DNA of 64,000 nt from NCBI GenBank assembly GCA_043805415.1, contig JAZDHZ010000033.1, forward strand, positions 89,600 to 153,599, read 5' to 3'. The notes under the pieces were generated by a model. That model made no database searches. It was not told the DNA's origin and saw only the letters and a list, made by a program, of their open reading frames with translations. Position numbers and translations under genes: made by a program. Below, piece after piece: positions 47,099 through 57,243 of the stretch. This DNA is from Candidatus Omnitrophota bacterium (lineage in GTDB: Bacteria > Omnitrophota > Gorgyraeia > B26-G9). How positions within the stretch are numbered: the stretch's first letter is position 1; each line of letters starts with the position of its first letter.

Positions 47099-47378
47099 CT
47101 ATGAAGGAGTTTTTATTCTAAAAGCTTCCCTGGACAATGATGCACAGGAAAAGCTGGTCGAAGAAATCAAGGCAGTTATTAATAAGAACAAAGGTACCTC
47201 CGGTGAAGTTCAAAGCTGGGGAAAGAAGAAATTTACTTTTGATATCAAAAAGCAGAGCGAGGGATTTTATTATTGCCTTGACTTTAGCTTAGACCCAGCA
47301 TCAGTTAAAAAAATTGAAAGCCTTTTCAAGCTTAACGATGATATTTTAAGGGTTATGATTATCAGCAAGGAATCCTAA
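47091..47378 (+). CDS. rpsF: 30S ribosomal protein bS6
   Basis: MNNYEGVFILKASLD...G.V..WGKKKFTFDIK pattern. rpsF-ssb-rpsR order. Confidence 0.85.
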   Translation: MNNYEGVFILKASLDNDAQEKLVEEIKAVINKNKGTSGEVQSWGKKKFTFDIKKQSEGFYYCLDFSLDPASVKKIESLFKLNDDILRVMIISKES

Positions 47379-47387
47379 GGAGGAGAG

Positions 47388-47840
47388 ATGGCAAATTTAA
47401 ATAAAGTTTTGCTAATGGGAAATCTTACACGTGATCCGGAGCTGCGTTATGCTCCAAGCGGTACAGCGGTTACTACTTTTACCATAGCGATGAGCAGAGC
47501 TTTTAATTCCACTGCTGGAGAGAAAAAAGAAGATGTTTGCTATGTGCGGGTTGTTTGTTGGGCAAAACTTGCTCAAATATGCAGTGAGTACTTATTTAAG
47601 GGGCGTCCAGTTTTTGTAGAGGGAAGATTGCAAAGCCGGTCATGGCAGGCTCCTGATGGGGCAAAACGCAATACTATGGAAGTTGTTGCCCAGAATATTC
47701 AATTTCTCGGTAAAGGGAAAGCTCAGGGATCGGAGCAAAAACAAGCAATGCCTGAATACTCCCATGAAGAAATGTCAATGGATGAATCAATGGATCATTT
47801 TCCTTTAGAGTCCCGCAAGGATGAGGAAGTTCCTTTTTAA
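47388..47840 (+). CDS. ssb: single-stranded DNA-binding protein
   Basis: MANLNKVLLMGNLTRDPELRYAPSGTAVTTFTIA OB-fold N-terminus. Gly/Gln-rich linker and acidic tail DEEVPF. Confidence 0.9.
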   Translation: MANLNKVLLMGNLTRDPELRYAPSGTAVTTFTIAMSRAFNSTAGEKKEDVCYVRVVCWAKLAQICSEYLFKGRPVFVEGRLQSRSWQAPDGAKRNTMEVVAQNIQFLGKGKAQGSEQKQAMPEYSHEEMSMDESMDHFPLESRKDEEVPF

Positions 47841-47875
47841 TTTAATAATCTATATAGCAAGAGGAGAAAAAAGTA

Positions 47876-48139
47876 ATGTTAATGCGTAAAAAAGGTAAAA
47901 TGCTGAAAAAGCCTTCTAAAAGAACCGTACTGTTTAAAAAAAAGGTATGCCGTTTTTGTATAGATAAGGCTGATAAGGTTGATTATAAAGATGTTAGCAA
48001 GTTGGTTAAATTTATATCGGAAAGAGGAAAAATTGTTCCTTCACGTGTAAGTGGAACTTGTTCTAAACATCAGCGTAAACTGGCACAGGCAATTAAAAGG
48101 GCAAGATTTATCGCGCTATTGCCTTATGCTGCCGAATAA
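47876..48139 (+). CDS. rpsR: 30S ribosomal protein bS18
   Basis: [10 protein letters not shown]...[49 protein letters not shown]. Confidence 0.85.
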   Translation: MLMRKKGKMLKKPSKRTVLFKKKVCRFCIDKADKVDYKDVSKLVKFISERGKIVPSRVSGTCSKHQRKLAQAIKRARFIALLPYAAE

Positions 48140-48324
48140 AAACGAAAGCCTGATATTAAATCTGATTATGGGAAGGGAAAGATGTTTTCGAATTTTATGC
48201 TTAAATAATAATGATTCCGAAAGTGTCTGCTAGGTCGCAGCCATTTCGGACTAAATTCGCGCTGGCTGACTTGACGTCGTAAAAATACTCCGTAAGTCAG
48301 TAGCTCATTTAAGGAGTTACAATA

Positions 48325-48765
48325 ATGAAAGTAGTTTTAAAAACAGATCTTAATAAATTAGGAAAGATCGGGGATGTTGTTGAGGTAGCAGAGGGTTATG
48401 CTCGCAACTACTTGCTTCCTCAAGGTAAAGCCCTGGAAGCTAATAAAAACAATCTACAGATACTTGAACAGGTTAAAAAAGTAAATAATAAAAAATTGTT
48501 AAAGTTAAAACAAGAAGCCGAAGAAATAGCAAAAAAAATTGAAGGTGTTTCCTGCACAATTGTTATGCAGGCACACGATGAGCAACTTTATGGGGCAGTG
48601 ACAAGTGCTGATATCGCGAAATCTCTGTCGCAGGAAGGGATATCTGTGGATAAAAAAGATATCTTATTAGATGAACCGATCAAAGCCTTAGGGGTCTATC
48701 ATGTTCCTGTTAAACTACATCCAGAAGTAAAACCTCAGGTAAAAGTATGGGTGGTCAAAGAATAA
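48325..48765 (+). CDS. rplI: 50S ribosomal protein bL9
   Basis: MKVVLKTDLNKLGKIGDVVEVAEGYARNYLLPQGKA. Confidence 0.9.
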   Translation: MKVVLKTDLNKLGKIGDVVEVAEGYARNYLLPQGKALEANKNNLQILEQVKKVNNKKLLKLKQEAEEIAKKIEGVSCTIVMQAHDEQLYGAVTSADIAKSLSQEGISVDKKDILLDEPIKALGVYHVPVKLHPEVKPQVKVWVVKE

Positions 48766-50135
48766 ATCGCAAGCCGGAGAGAATCCAACCTTTAGGCTCA
48801 TCTTCACTTCTGGATAAAGTTCCGCCGCAAAATAATGAGGCGGAGATGGCTGTATTAGGGTCAATGTTGCTTGAAGAAGCGGCTATCTCTGACATTGTGG
48901 AAATATTAGATGAGGATTGTTTTTATCGTGACAATCATCAAAAAATTTTCAAAGCAATGATTGGGCTTTATAGTGAAGCTAAGCCAATAGATTTAATTAC
49001 TCTGAGCGATTTTTTATTCAAGGAGAATGAATTAGAAAAAGTCGGGGGAGCGGGATATCTTACTGAACTTGCCAATGCAGTTCCTACAGCAGCCAATGTG
49101 CTGCATCACGCGAAAATTGTTAAAGAAAAAGCAATATTACGCAAATTAATATCAACCGCAACTAATATCGTAACCCAGGGATATGAGCCGGATCAGGATG
49201 TGGATGGTTTGCTTGATACGGCTGAACGATTGATCTTTGAAATTGCTGGATCAAAGGCTAAAAGTGGTATTGTTTCGATAAAAGAGTTGATCAAGAATAG
49301 TATAGAAACAATCGAAAAACTTTATCAGCGCAAAACCCAAGTTACCGGGATTCCTACTGGTTTTCAGGATATTGATGTTATTACCGCTGGGCTTCAGCCC
49401 GCGGATCTAATTATCGTGGCTGGCCGTCCTTCGATGGGCAAAAGTGCTTTAATCTGCGGATTCGCGGAGCATGCGGCGGTTATTCAAAAAGTGCCGACAG
49501 CAATTTTTAGTTTAGAAATGTCCAAAGAATCTTTGGTCCAAAGAATTCTTTGTTCTCATGCTAGGGTCGATATGCAGGCTGTGCGCACAGGATTTTTATC
49601 TCAGGATCATTGGGGAGATTTGGTTAATGCCGCGGGGCGAATGTCAACCGCGCCTTTATTTATTGACGATAGTCCAGGGTTAAATGTTTTAGAACTTAGA
49701 GCCAAAGCAAGACGTTTAAAAGCACAGCATAATATTGGGATGATAATTTTAGATTATCTTCAGCTTATGCAAGCTGCTGGTTTTCGCGGGGAAAGCAGAC
49801 AACAGGAAATATCGGATATTTCCCGTTCTTTAAAAGGATTAGCCCGAGAAATTAATGTGCCGCTTATTGCTGTAAGTCAGTTATCGCGGGCTACTGAATC
49901 GCGAGATGGTTTTAGACCTAGACTTTCTGATCTTAGAGATTCAGGGGCCATTGAACAGGATGCGGATGTTGTTATGCTATTATTCCGTGAGGAATATTAT
50001 AATCCTACCGAGGAGAATAAGGGGATAGCGGAAGTTATTATCGCAAAACAAAGAAATGGTCCGGTGGGGACAAAGAAACTTACATTTGTAAAAGAGTTCA
50101 GTAGATTTGAAAATCTTACACAGAGAGAAGAATAA
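48747..50135 (+). CDS. dnaB: replicative DNA helicase (DnaB family)
   Basis: N-terminal PPQNNEAEMAVLGSMLL. Walker A GRPSMGKSAL. RecA-like motifs (IILDYLQLM, QLSRATE). Confidence 0.9.
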   Translation: MGGQRINRKPERIQPLGSSSLLDKVPPQNNEAEMAVLGSMLLEEAAISDIVEILDEDCFYRDNHQKIFKAMIGLYSEAKPIDLITLSDFLFKENELEKVGGAGYLTELANAVPTAANVLHHAKIVKEKAILRKLISTATNIVTQGYEPDQDVDGLLDTAERLIFEIAGSKAKSGIVSIKELIKNSIETIEKLYQRKTQVTGIPTGFQDIDVITAGLQPADLIIVAGRPSMGKSALICGFAEHAAVIQKVPTAIFSLEMSKESLVQRILCSHARVDMQAVRTGFLSQDHWGDLVNAAGRMSTAPLFIDDSPGLNVLELRAKARRLKAQHNIGMIILDYLQLMQAAGFRGESRQQEISDISRSLKGLAREINVPLIAVSQLSRATESRDGFRPRLSDLRDSGAIEQDADVVMLLFREEYYNPTEENKGIAEVIIAKQRNGPVGTKKLTFVKEFSRFENLTQREE

Positions 50136-50138
50136 GAT

Positions 50139-52412
50139 ATGAAAAAAAACGCCATTATATTTTTTAGCTTTATGTTTTTACTATTTTCAGCTAATGTTTT
50201 TGCCCAAAATTCCGAGCGCTTGATTAATAAACTGAAAGTAATAAATAATAAGGTCGTAAGCGAACAAACAATTCTTTCTAAGTTGCAATCTAAAGAAGGT
50301 TCAGAATATTCACCTTTAATTTTAAGCGACGATATAAAACGTTTGTACGCGACAGGACTTTTTAATGATGTCAGCGCGGATTTGGTTGATGAAACAGATG
50401 GGATAACAATTGTTTTTAAGGTGGAAGAAAAACCAATGCTTAAAGAGATTGTTTTTTCAGGAAACCGCAGAATCCGGACAAAGAAGCTTAGGTCTGAGAT
50501 GACAGTTAAAACCGGAGAAATATTTGATCAGTTTCAACTAAAAGAAGATATTGTTAATTTGAAAAAACTATACGCGAAAAAGGGTTATTCATGCGCTGAT
50601 TTAGACTACTCTTTTGAGGCAAAAGATAATAGCGTTGTAGTGAATGTAACTGTTAAGGAAGGCACAAGAGTAAGAATTAGAAAAATTGGTTTTGCGGGTA
50701 ATAAGTTTTTTAATGATAGTCGGCTTCGTAAAGTTATTAAAACGAAAAAAAAAGGATGGTTTAATTCCGGGTTTTACAAGGAAGATGTCTGGACAGAAGA
50801 TTTGGATAGACTGAACAGTTTTTACAATACAGAAGGTTTTATTGATGCTAAGATTGAGCCAATAATTGAATATAATAAAAACAATGATTCGATGTATCTG
50901 ACTTTTAACATAATTGAAGGCAAACAATACAAAGCGGGCAATGTTTCATTTAAAGGAAATCAGGTTTTTTTAGCTTCAGATCTTAGCGAAAATCTGGAAC
51001 TTTTAAATGAGCAGGTGTATAGCGAAAATAAATTACGCGGAGATATTTCTAAAATTCAGTCGCATTATTTTGATGCCGGCTATATCGCTTCCTCAGTGAA
51101 AGCAGATACTATGCTTAATTCTGAGACTGGACATGTTGATGTAGCCTATAATATTAGTGAAGGGAAGATCGGGTATCTTGATAAAATAAACATTAAGGGT
51201 AATCTTCGGACAAAAGATGTTATCATAAGACGTGAAATGCGCTTATTTCCCGGAGACCGTTATAATGGCGAAAAATTAAGAAGAAGCCGTCAACGTTTAT
51301 ATAATTTAGGCTATTTTGAGGAGGTATCTTTTAATACTGAAGAAGAACCTTCCACCTTGCCGGATAAATATGATTTGGATATATTTGTTAAAGAGTCGAA
51401 AACAGGAGAATTTAGTTTTGGGGCAGGATACAGCTCAGTAGATAAATTTATTGGGTTTGTTGACCTTACTCAGCAAAATTTTGATATTTTTAATTTTCCG
51501 ACTTTTACAGGTGCTGGTCAAAAGCTGCGACTGCGTATGGAGTTTGGTTCAGAAAAAAAAGACTATGAGCTTAGTTTTGTTGAGCCTTGGTTATTAGGTT
51601 ATCCTTTGGCAACTGGTTTTAATGTGTTTAGCCGAACCAGAAATTGGGATAAATATGATGAGAAAAGAATCGGCGGCAATCTTTTTGTTAGTAAAGAATT
51701 AGGCGAATATTGGTTAAATAAATGGACTTATCGTTTTGAAAGTATCCGGATTAGTGACATTGAAGATGATGCTTCTAATGAAATCAAAGCCGAAGATGGG
51801 AAAAACTACATAAGCGGTATTCAAACCGATATTATTCATGATACTAGAGATAATATCTATAATCCTCGAACCGGAGCTTATAATCAATTGTCTACGGAGT
51901 ATGCCGGCGGCAGCCTGGGTGGAGACAAAGATTTTATCAGATATGAAACTAAAAATAATAAGTATTTTCCGATCGGAAAAGACGGAGTGCTTGATTTACA
52001 GGGAAGCCTGGGAATGGTAGAGGCTTTTGGCGATTCTATAGATGTCCCTGTTTACGAGCGGTTTTATGCCGGCGGCGCGAATACTATCAGGGGATATAAG
52101 GAAAGAAGAATTGGCCCGGAAGGAGAAAGGGGCGATCCTATTGGAGGTAGGTTAAGGGCAATATTTAATGCTGAATATACCCATAAATTAACTAATAATC
52201 TTAAATGGGCCTTTTTCTATGATATCGGAAATGTTTGGGCAAATAATCAGGAGTTTAGCTGGGATAAGCTTAAGCTTAAGGCAAGTATTGGAACCGGGAT
52301 TAGGGTGAAGACTCCTCTCGGTCCGATTAGACTTGATTATGGGTATGCGCTTAACCCTAAAGAAGGTGATTCTAAGGGCAGGTTCCATTTTGCTATGAGT
52401 CATGAATTTTAG
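50139..52412 (+). CDS. bamA: outer membrane protein assembly factor BamA (POTRA repeats + Omp85 barrel)
   Basis: Signal peptide. Five POTRA-like repeats. C-terminal barrel ending ...RFHFAMSHEF (aromatic terminus). Conserved bamA-skp-lpxD context. Confidence 0.85.
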   Translation: MKKNAIIFFSFMFLLFSANVFAQNSERLINKLKVINNKVVSEQTILSKLQSKEGSEYSPLILSDDIKRLYATGLFNDVSADLVDETDGITIVFKVEEKPMLKEIVFSGNRRIRTKKLRSEMTVKTGEIFDQFQLKEDIVNLKKLYAKKGYSCADLDYSFEAKDNSVVVNVTVKEGTRVRIRKIGFAGNKFFNDSRLRKVIKTKKKGWFNSGFYKEDVWTEDLDRLNSFYNTEGFIDAKIEPIIEYNKNNDSMYLTFNIIEGKQYKAGNVSFKGNQVFLASDLSENLELLNEQVYSENKLRGDISKIQSHYFDAGYIASSVKADTMLNSETGHVDVAYNISEGKIGYLDKINIKGNLRTKDVIIRREMRLFPGDRYNGEKLRRSRQRLYNLGYFEEVSFNTEEEPSTLPDKYDLDIFVKESKTGEFSFGAGYSSVDKFIGFVDLTQQNFDIFNFPTFTGAGQKLRLRMEFGSEKKDYELSFVEPWLLGYPLATGFNVFSRTRNWDKYDEKRIGGNLFVSKELGEYWLNKWTYRFESIRISDIEDDASNEIKAEDGKNYISGIQTDIIHDTRDNIYNPRTGAYNQLSTEYAGGSLGGDKDFIRYETKNNKYFPIGKDGVLDLQGSLGMVEAFGDSIDVPVYERFYAGGANTIRGYKERRIGPEGERGDPIGGRLRAIFNAEYTHKLTNNLKWAFFYDIGNVWANNQEFSWDKLKLKASIGTGIRVKTPLGPIRLDYGYALNPKEGDSKGRFHFAMSHEF

Positions 52413-52506
52413 ATGGTAACAGGGGTTGAGATTAGATTGACAAAATTTTCTATTGTGTTACAATAAAGCAAATAATTGTTATAAACAAGCAAAAATGGGA
52501 GGAAAA

Positions 52507-52992
52507 ATGAAGAAAATAATTTTAATTATTACACTGATCGGTGCGATTTTTTGTGTTCAGACCAAATGTTTTGCCGAAGAATTAACAATAGGCTATATTA
52601 ACCTTGCTAAGATTTTTGAAGGATATAAGAAAGTAGCTGATTCTAATGAAAAAATTGATAAGTTAAAAAATGATGTGAATGCTATGCTTCAAGATATGAA
52701 AAAAATGAATGAGGGATTTGATACTCTTAGCAAAGAAGCTCAAGAAGAAAGAAAAAATCAAATGTTGGCTAAACAAGATGTGATTCGTAAGCAGACAGTT
52801 GATATTAGAAAAGACGAAGAGACCATATTAAGAGAAATCCTAAAAGATGTTGAAAATGTCTCAAAGGAGTTGCGCAAAAAGAAAAAGCTAACTTATATCA
52901 TTGATGACAGATTAATTATTGATGGCCCAAAAGAGAGTGATTTGACTGATGAGATAATGAAGCTGCTGAATGAACGCTATAAAGGGAATTAA
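52507..52992 (+). CDS. skp: OmpH/Skp periplasmic chaperone; start refined to the Met after a GGGAGG RBS
   Basis: Signal peptide MKKIILIITLIGAIFCVQTKCFA. Coiled-coil, Lys/Glu-rich about 160-aa body. Position between bamA and lpxD. Confidence 0.7.
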   Translation: MKKIILIITLIGAIFCVQTKCFAEELTIGYINLAKIFEGYKKVADSNEKIDKLKNDVNAMLQDMKKMNEGFDTLSKEAQEERKNQMLAKQDVIRKQTVDIRKDEETILREILKDVENVSKELRKKKKLTYIIDDRLIIDGPKESDLTDEIMKLLNERYKGN

Positions 52993-53007
52993 AACAAGGA
53001 AATAAAC

Positions 53008-54072
53008 ATGAAGAAAACCTTAAATGAAATAGCGCAACTTATTGATGGGTCTGTAGTCGGAGATGGAAATATTGAGATTGTCGGAGTTTCTGGAATAAAA
53101 GAGGCCAAAAAAGGTGAGATTACTTTTGTGGCTAATCCAAAGTATATTTCCCTAATGGACCATACTAATGCTTCAGCAATTATTACTACCCCGGATGTGA
53201 AACAGTCATCAAAACCTCTGATTCTAACCGAAAATCCATCTTTGGCTTTTGCGAAATTATTGACTTTAGTCGCGCCTGAAGAGTCTAATCATTATAAAGG
53301 TATTCATCCGAGCGCGGTGATCGGTGAAAATGTAAAAATTGGTAAAGATGCCGCGATTTATCCGTTTGTGGTAATAGAAGATTATGCGGAAATTGGCGAT
53401 AATACTGTGCTTTGTGCTGGAGTATTTGTAGGTCACAATACAATAATCGGTAAAAATACAGTGGTTTATCCGCATGTAAGCATCAGAGAAAGAGTTATTA
53501 TCGGTGATCGGGTTATTATTCATAGCGGAACAGTGATTGGCAGTGATGGTTTTGGTTTTGCCACAGTAAAGGGTTTGCATCAAAAAATTCCACAGATTGG
53601 AACAGTGGTTATTGAGGATGATGTGGAAATCGGCGCTAATGTGACTATTGATCGAGCCCGTTTTGATAAAACCTTAATAAAACATGGAACAAAAATTGAT
53701 AATCTCGTGCAAATCGCGCATAATGTGGTTATTGGTGAGAATTCAATAATTGTCGCTCAGGCGGGAATTTCCGGGAGTACGACTTTAGGTAAAAATGTAA
53801 CTTTAGCTGGCCAGGCAGGTGTTATCGGACATATTAATATTGGTGATAATGCGGTGGTTGCCGCTCAGGCAGGAGTAACAAAATCAGTGCCTGAGAATAC
53901 CTGTGTCTCTGGGTATCCGGCAAAGCCTCATAAAAAAGCTAAAAGAATAAATGCCTGTATCCAAAAGCTGCCGGACTTATATAAGCTAGTTAATGAATTA
54001 GAAGAAAAAATTGCAACTTTAGAAGAGACATTAAAGGAACAGAAAAATGGAATTTCAAAAAACAATAATTAA
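53008..54072 (+). CDS. lpxD: UDP-3-O-(3-hydroxyacyl)glucosamine N-acyltransferase
   Basis: N-terminal uridine-binding domain, then left-handed beta-helix hexapeptide repeats (IGDNTVL, IGKNTVV, IGDRVII...) and a C-terminal helix. Confidence 0.9.
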   Translation: MKKTLNEIAQLIDGSVVGDGNIEIVGVSGIKEAKKGEITFVANPKYISLMDHTNASAIITTPDVKQSSKPLILTENPSLAFAKLLTLVAPEESNHYKGIHPSAVIGENVKIGKDAAIYPFVVIEDYAEIGDNTVLCAGVFVGHNTIIGKNTVVYPHVSIRERVIIGDRVIIHSGTVIGSDGFGFATVKGLHQKIPQIGTVVIEDDVEIGANVTIDRARFDKTLIKHGTKIDNLVQIAHNVVIGENSIIVAQAGISGSTTLGKNVTLAGQAGVIGHINIGDNAVVAAQAGVTKSVPENTCVSGYPAKPHKKAKRINACIQKLPDLYKLVNELEEKIATLEETLKEQKNGISKNNN

Positions 54073-55354
54073 TTCAGTAACGCTAAGCGGTATAGGTTTA
54101 CATACAGGACAAAAAGTTAATGTTAAATTTACTGCTGCTCCGGAAGACAATGGAGTAGAGTTTGTGCGTGTTGACCAGGCTGGCAGGCCTCGGGTTAAAG
54201 CGCACATGTCTAATCTTATTGAAAGACCGCGTCGGACTTCAATCGGAATTCGGAATATTGAAATTCATACTATTGAGCATGTTATGGCTGCTTTAGTGGG
54301 CTTGGGAATAGATAATATCATAATTGAGATGGACGCGGAAGAATTACCAGGACTTGATGGCAGTGCTTTGCCTTTTTTTGAAACATTAAAAAAAGCGGGT
54401 ATAGTTGAGCAAAAAGCTCAGAGAAAATATTTTCAGCCAAAAGAAGCTTTGTTTATGGAAGAGGGGGATTCTTCCTTAATGATCTTGCCTGCTAATGAAT
54501 TCCGGGTTTCTTATACCATGAGCTATCCGCATCCAATGCTAAAATCTCAATATGCTTCTTTTGATTTTGATGCTCAAGTTTTTGAAAAAGAATTGGCTCC
54601 GAGCAGAACTTTTTGTTTGCAGCAGGAAGCGGAAGAATTAACCAGACAAGGGCTGGGTAAGGGCGCTAATTATGATAATACTGTTGTGGTTGGAGATAAT
54701 GAAATAGTCAATAATAAATTACGATTTGAAGATGAATTTGTAAGGCATAAGATTTGTGATTTAATCGGCGATCTGTATCTTTTAGGGCATCCGATTATTG
54801 GACATGTTATTGGAATTAAAAGCGGTCATCCTTTAAATATTAAACTTCTTCAAAAAATTAAGCATCTTCATGATCGACAAACACAGGCTAGCATTGGCAC
54901 TACAAGTACTGATTTTAACAGTATTCCACCGCTTAATATTAATGATATACAGCAAATCCTTCCGCATCGATATCCTTTTCTGCTAGTTGACAAAATCCTT
55001 GAGCTGAAAGAGGACAAATTCGCAGTGGGGATAAAAAATGTTACGATAAATGAGCATTTCTTTAAAGGCCACTTTCCTGGTCGGCCAGTTATGCCAGGAG
55101 TTTTAATTGTTGAAGCTATGGCGCAGGTTGTGGGAGTTTTATTGCTTAGTAAGTCTGGAAATCAAGGGAAACGGGCTTATTTTATGAGCATAGATAAGGT
55201 GAAATTCAGAAGAATGGTTCTGCCCGGAGATCAGCTAAGATTAGAAGTGTCTGTTCTTAAACTAAAATCAAAAGTTGGCCAAGCATATGCTCGGGCATTG
55301 GTTGATAATAAAGTGGTAGCAGAAGCAGTGCTAATGTTTACTTTAGGTGAGTAA
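54047..55354 (+). CDS. lpxC: bifunctional UDP-3-O-acyl-N-acetylglucosamine deacetylase / 3-hydroxyacyl-ACP dehydratase (LpxC-FabZ fusion)
   Basis: N-terminal LpxC ([15 protein letters not shown], HxxxD zinc site [10 protein letters not shown]). C-terminal FabZ hot-dog ([31 protein letters not shown]). Confidence 0.9.
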   Translation: MEFQKTIINSVTLSGIGLHTGQKVNVKFTAAPEDNGVEFVRVDQAGRPRVKAHMSNLIERPRRTSIGIRNIEIHTIEHVMAALVGLGIDNIIIEMDAEELPGLDGSALPFFETLKKAGIVEQKAQRKYFQPKEALFMEEGDSSLMILPANEFRVSYTMSYPHPMLKSQYASFDFDAQVFEKELAPSRTFCLQQEAEELTRQGLGKGANYDNTVVVGDNEIVNNKLRFEDEFVRHKICDLIGDLYLLGHPIIGHVIGIKSGHPLNIKLLQKIKHLHDRQTQASIGTTSTDFNSIPPLNINDIQQILPHRYPFLLVDKILELKEDKFAVGIKNVTINEHFFKGHFPGRPVMPGVLIVEAMAQVVGVLLLSKSGNQGKRAYFMSIDKVKFRRMVLPGDQLRLEVSVLKLKSKVGQAYARALVDNKVVAEAVLMFTLGE

Positions 55355-55367
55355 AAATAATAAGTTA

Positions 55368-55435
55368 TGACAAAGACCAACTATCCTGACGATTCGATTT
55401 CGCGAAAATTGTCCAATAAGTTGGTCTTTTTTATT
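55368..55435 (+). terminator. Terminator-like hairpin with T-run between lpxC-fabZ and lpxA
   Basis: aagaccaact...(36-nt loop with internal mini-stem)...agttggtctt followed by ttttttatttttc. Confidence 0.4.
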
Positions 55436-55472
55436 TTTCAGCTTGATTTTTTAACCTCTCTGTTATAAGGTA

Positions 55473-56267
55473 TTGCATATGAATCAAAAGAATAATATAC
55501 ATCCAACCGCTTGCGTTAATCCAAAAGCTAAAATCGATAAGGGCGTTATTATCGGCCCATATTCTATTATTGGCGAAAATGTGAAAATTGGAGAAGATAC
55601 TGTTATTGGCAGTTCTTGTGTGATTGACGGCAGAACACGTTTAGGCAAACGTTGTAAGGTTTTTACTGGCGCGATTATCGGCAGTGAGCCTCAGGATTTG
55701 AAATACCAGGGAGAGAAAACGCAAGCGATTATCGGTGATGATAATATCATTCGCGAATACGTTACGATTAACTTGGGAACAATGGAAAAAGGTAAAACAG
55801 TTGTGGGGAATAAAAATTTATTTATGGCTTATAGCCATATCGCGCATGACTGTGTGGTGGGGAATGAAACTGTAATTGCTAATGTGGGGACTTTAGCCGG
55901 ACATGTTAGTGTAGAAGATAGATCAATTATTGGAGGGATGGTAGCGATTCATCAATTCTCGAGAGTTGGTAAAATGTCGATTATTGGCGGCTGTTCCAAG
56001 GTTATTCAGGATATTCCTCCTTTTTCAATTGTCGACGGGCATCCAGCCAAAGTTTATGGGATAAATAGTATTGGATTAAAAAGAGGAAATGTCCCCTTAC
56101 AAAGCGTTAAGAATCTAAAGTCTGCTTTTAAAATTTTATTTAAATTAAAAATATCTACCTCGAATGCTTTAAAAAAGATAAAAGATAATATTCCTGAAGA
56201 TCCTTATGTATCATATCTTGTAAAATTTATTAAAAAATCCCAACGCGGTGTTTGCAAGGGCAGCTGA
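55473..56267 (+). CDS. lpxA: acyl-ACP--UDP-N-acetylglucosamine O-acyltransferase
   Basis: IHPTACVNPKAKI plus hexapeptide repeats and a C-terminal helical domain. Length about 260 aa. Confidence 0.9.
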   Translation: MHMNQKNNIHPTACVNPKAKIDKGVIIGPYSIIGENVKIGEDTVIGSSCVIDGRTRLGKRCKVFTGAIIGSEPQDLKYQGEKTQAIIGDDNIIREYVTINLGTMEKGKTVVGNKNLFMAYSHIAHDCVVGNETVIANVGTLAGHVSVEDRSIIGGMVAIHQFSRVGKMSIIGGCSKVIQDIPPFSIVDGHPAKVYGINSIGLKRGNVPLQSVKNLKSAFKILFKLKISTSNALKKIKDNIPEDPYVSYLVKFIKKSQRGVCKGS

Positions 56268-56341
56268 TCAGCAATGTAAAAGTCTCAAGCAGAGAGTGAT
56301 ATATTGAGCTTTCTGCTTTTTCATTATTCAGAGGATATTAC

Positions 56342-57142
56342 ATGGAAAAAATTGCTTTAATAGCCGGGAATGGAAATCTGCCTATTGTTTCAGCACTTGC
56401 CGCAAAAAAGACCGGGGCTTATGTTGTGGTCATAGCGATTAAAGAAGAAGCAGACAAGCAACTATCTGATATCGCGGATAAAATATATTGGATCAGTGTT
56501 GGACAATTTAAAACTCTTATCGGAATTTTAAAAAAAGAGGAAATTAAAAAAGCGATTATGGTTGGACAGATCAAGCATAAATTGCTTTTTAGCCAAATTG
56601 AGCTTGATTTGGAATTAACAAAACTATTATTTACTTTAAAAGACAAAAAAACCGATACTATTCTCGGTGCAATAGCGCAGCGGATTTCACAGCTGGGAAT
56701 CGAGATGCTTGATTCCAGTACTTTTATAAAAGACCAGTTAGCTCCATCCGGAGTGCTTACGGATAAGGCTCCAACTAAAGCTCAATATGAAGATATTGAA
56801 TTCGGATATAAAATCGCCAAGCAAATTGCCGGCCTGGATATTGGGCAAACTGTAGTGGTTAAAGATAAAGTAGTTTTAAGCGTTGAAGCAATAGAAGGAA
56901 CTGATGAGGCAATCCGGCGCGCTAATTATTATTGTCATGGCAATGCGGTTGTGGTGAAGGTGAGTAAACCCAATCAGGATATGCGTTTTGATATACCTCT
57001 AATCGGATTAAAAACAATAGAAACGCTAATACAAGAAAATGTTGCTGTTTTAGCAATTGAAGCTGAAAAGACATTATTTCTGGATAAAACTCTGGTTTTA
57101 GTCCAAGCAAATAAACAGGGAATTGTGATTGTCGCAAAATAG
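56342..57142 (+). CDS. lpxI: UDP-2,3-diacylglucosamine diphosphatase LpxI (DUF1009 family)
   Basis: IALIAGNGNLP N-terminus. LDIGQTVVVKDKVVLSVEAIEGTDEAIRR and RFDIPLIGLKTIE closely match Caulobacter LpxI (LDIGQGAVV...VEAQEGTDAMLRR; RVDLPTIGVATI). Confidence 0.85.
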   Translation: MEKIALIAGNGNLPIVSALAAKKTGAYVVVIAIKEEADKQLSDIADKIYWISVGQFKTLIGILKKEEIKKAIMVGQIKHKLLFSQIELDLELTKLLFTLKDKKTDTILGAIAQRISQLGIEMLDSSTFIKDQLAPSGVLTDKAPTKAQYEDIEFGYKIAKQIAGLDIGQTVVVKDKVVLSVEAIEGTDEAIRRANYYCHGNAVVVKVSKPNQDMRFDIPLIGLKTIETLIQENVAVLAIEAEKTLFLDKTLVLVQANKQGIVIVAK

Positions 57143-57156
57143 TTTATCCTGAGTTT

Positions 57157-57229
57157 GCCCACGTAGCTCAGTTGGTAGAGCAAGGCTTTCGTAAAGCTTA
57201 GGTCGGGGGTTCGATTCCTCTCGTGGGCT
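57157..57229 (+). tRNA. tRNA-Thr (anticodon CGU), CCA not encoded
   Basis: gcccacg/cgtgggc acceptor. D arm gctc-agttggtag-agc. Anticodon stem aggct/agctt with loop tTCGTaa. T loop TTCGATT. The antisense ORF 56974-57471 overlapping it is rejected. Confidence 0.8.
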
Positions 57230-57243
57230 TTAAAAATTATAAA

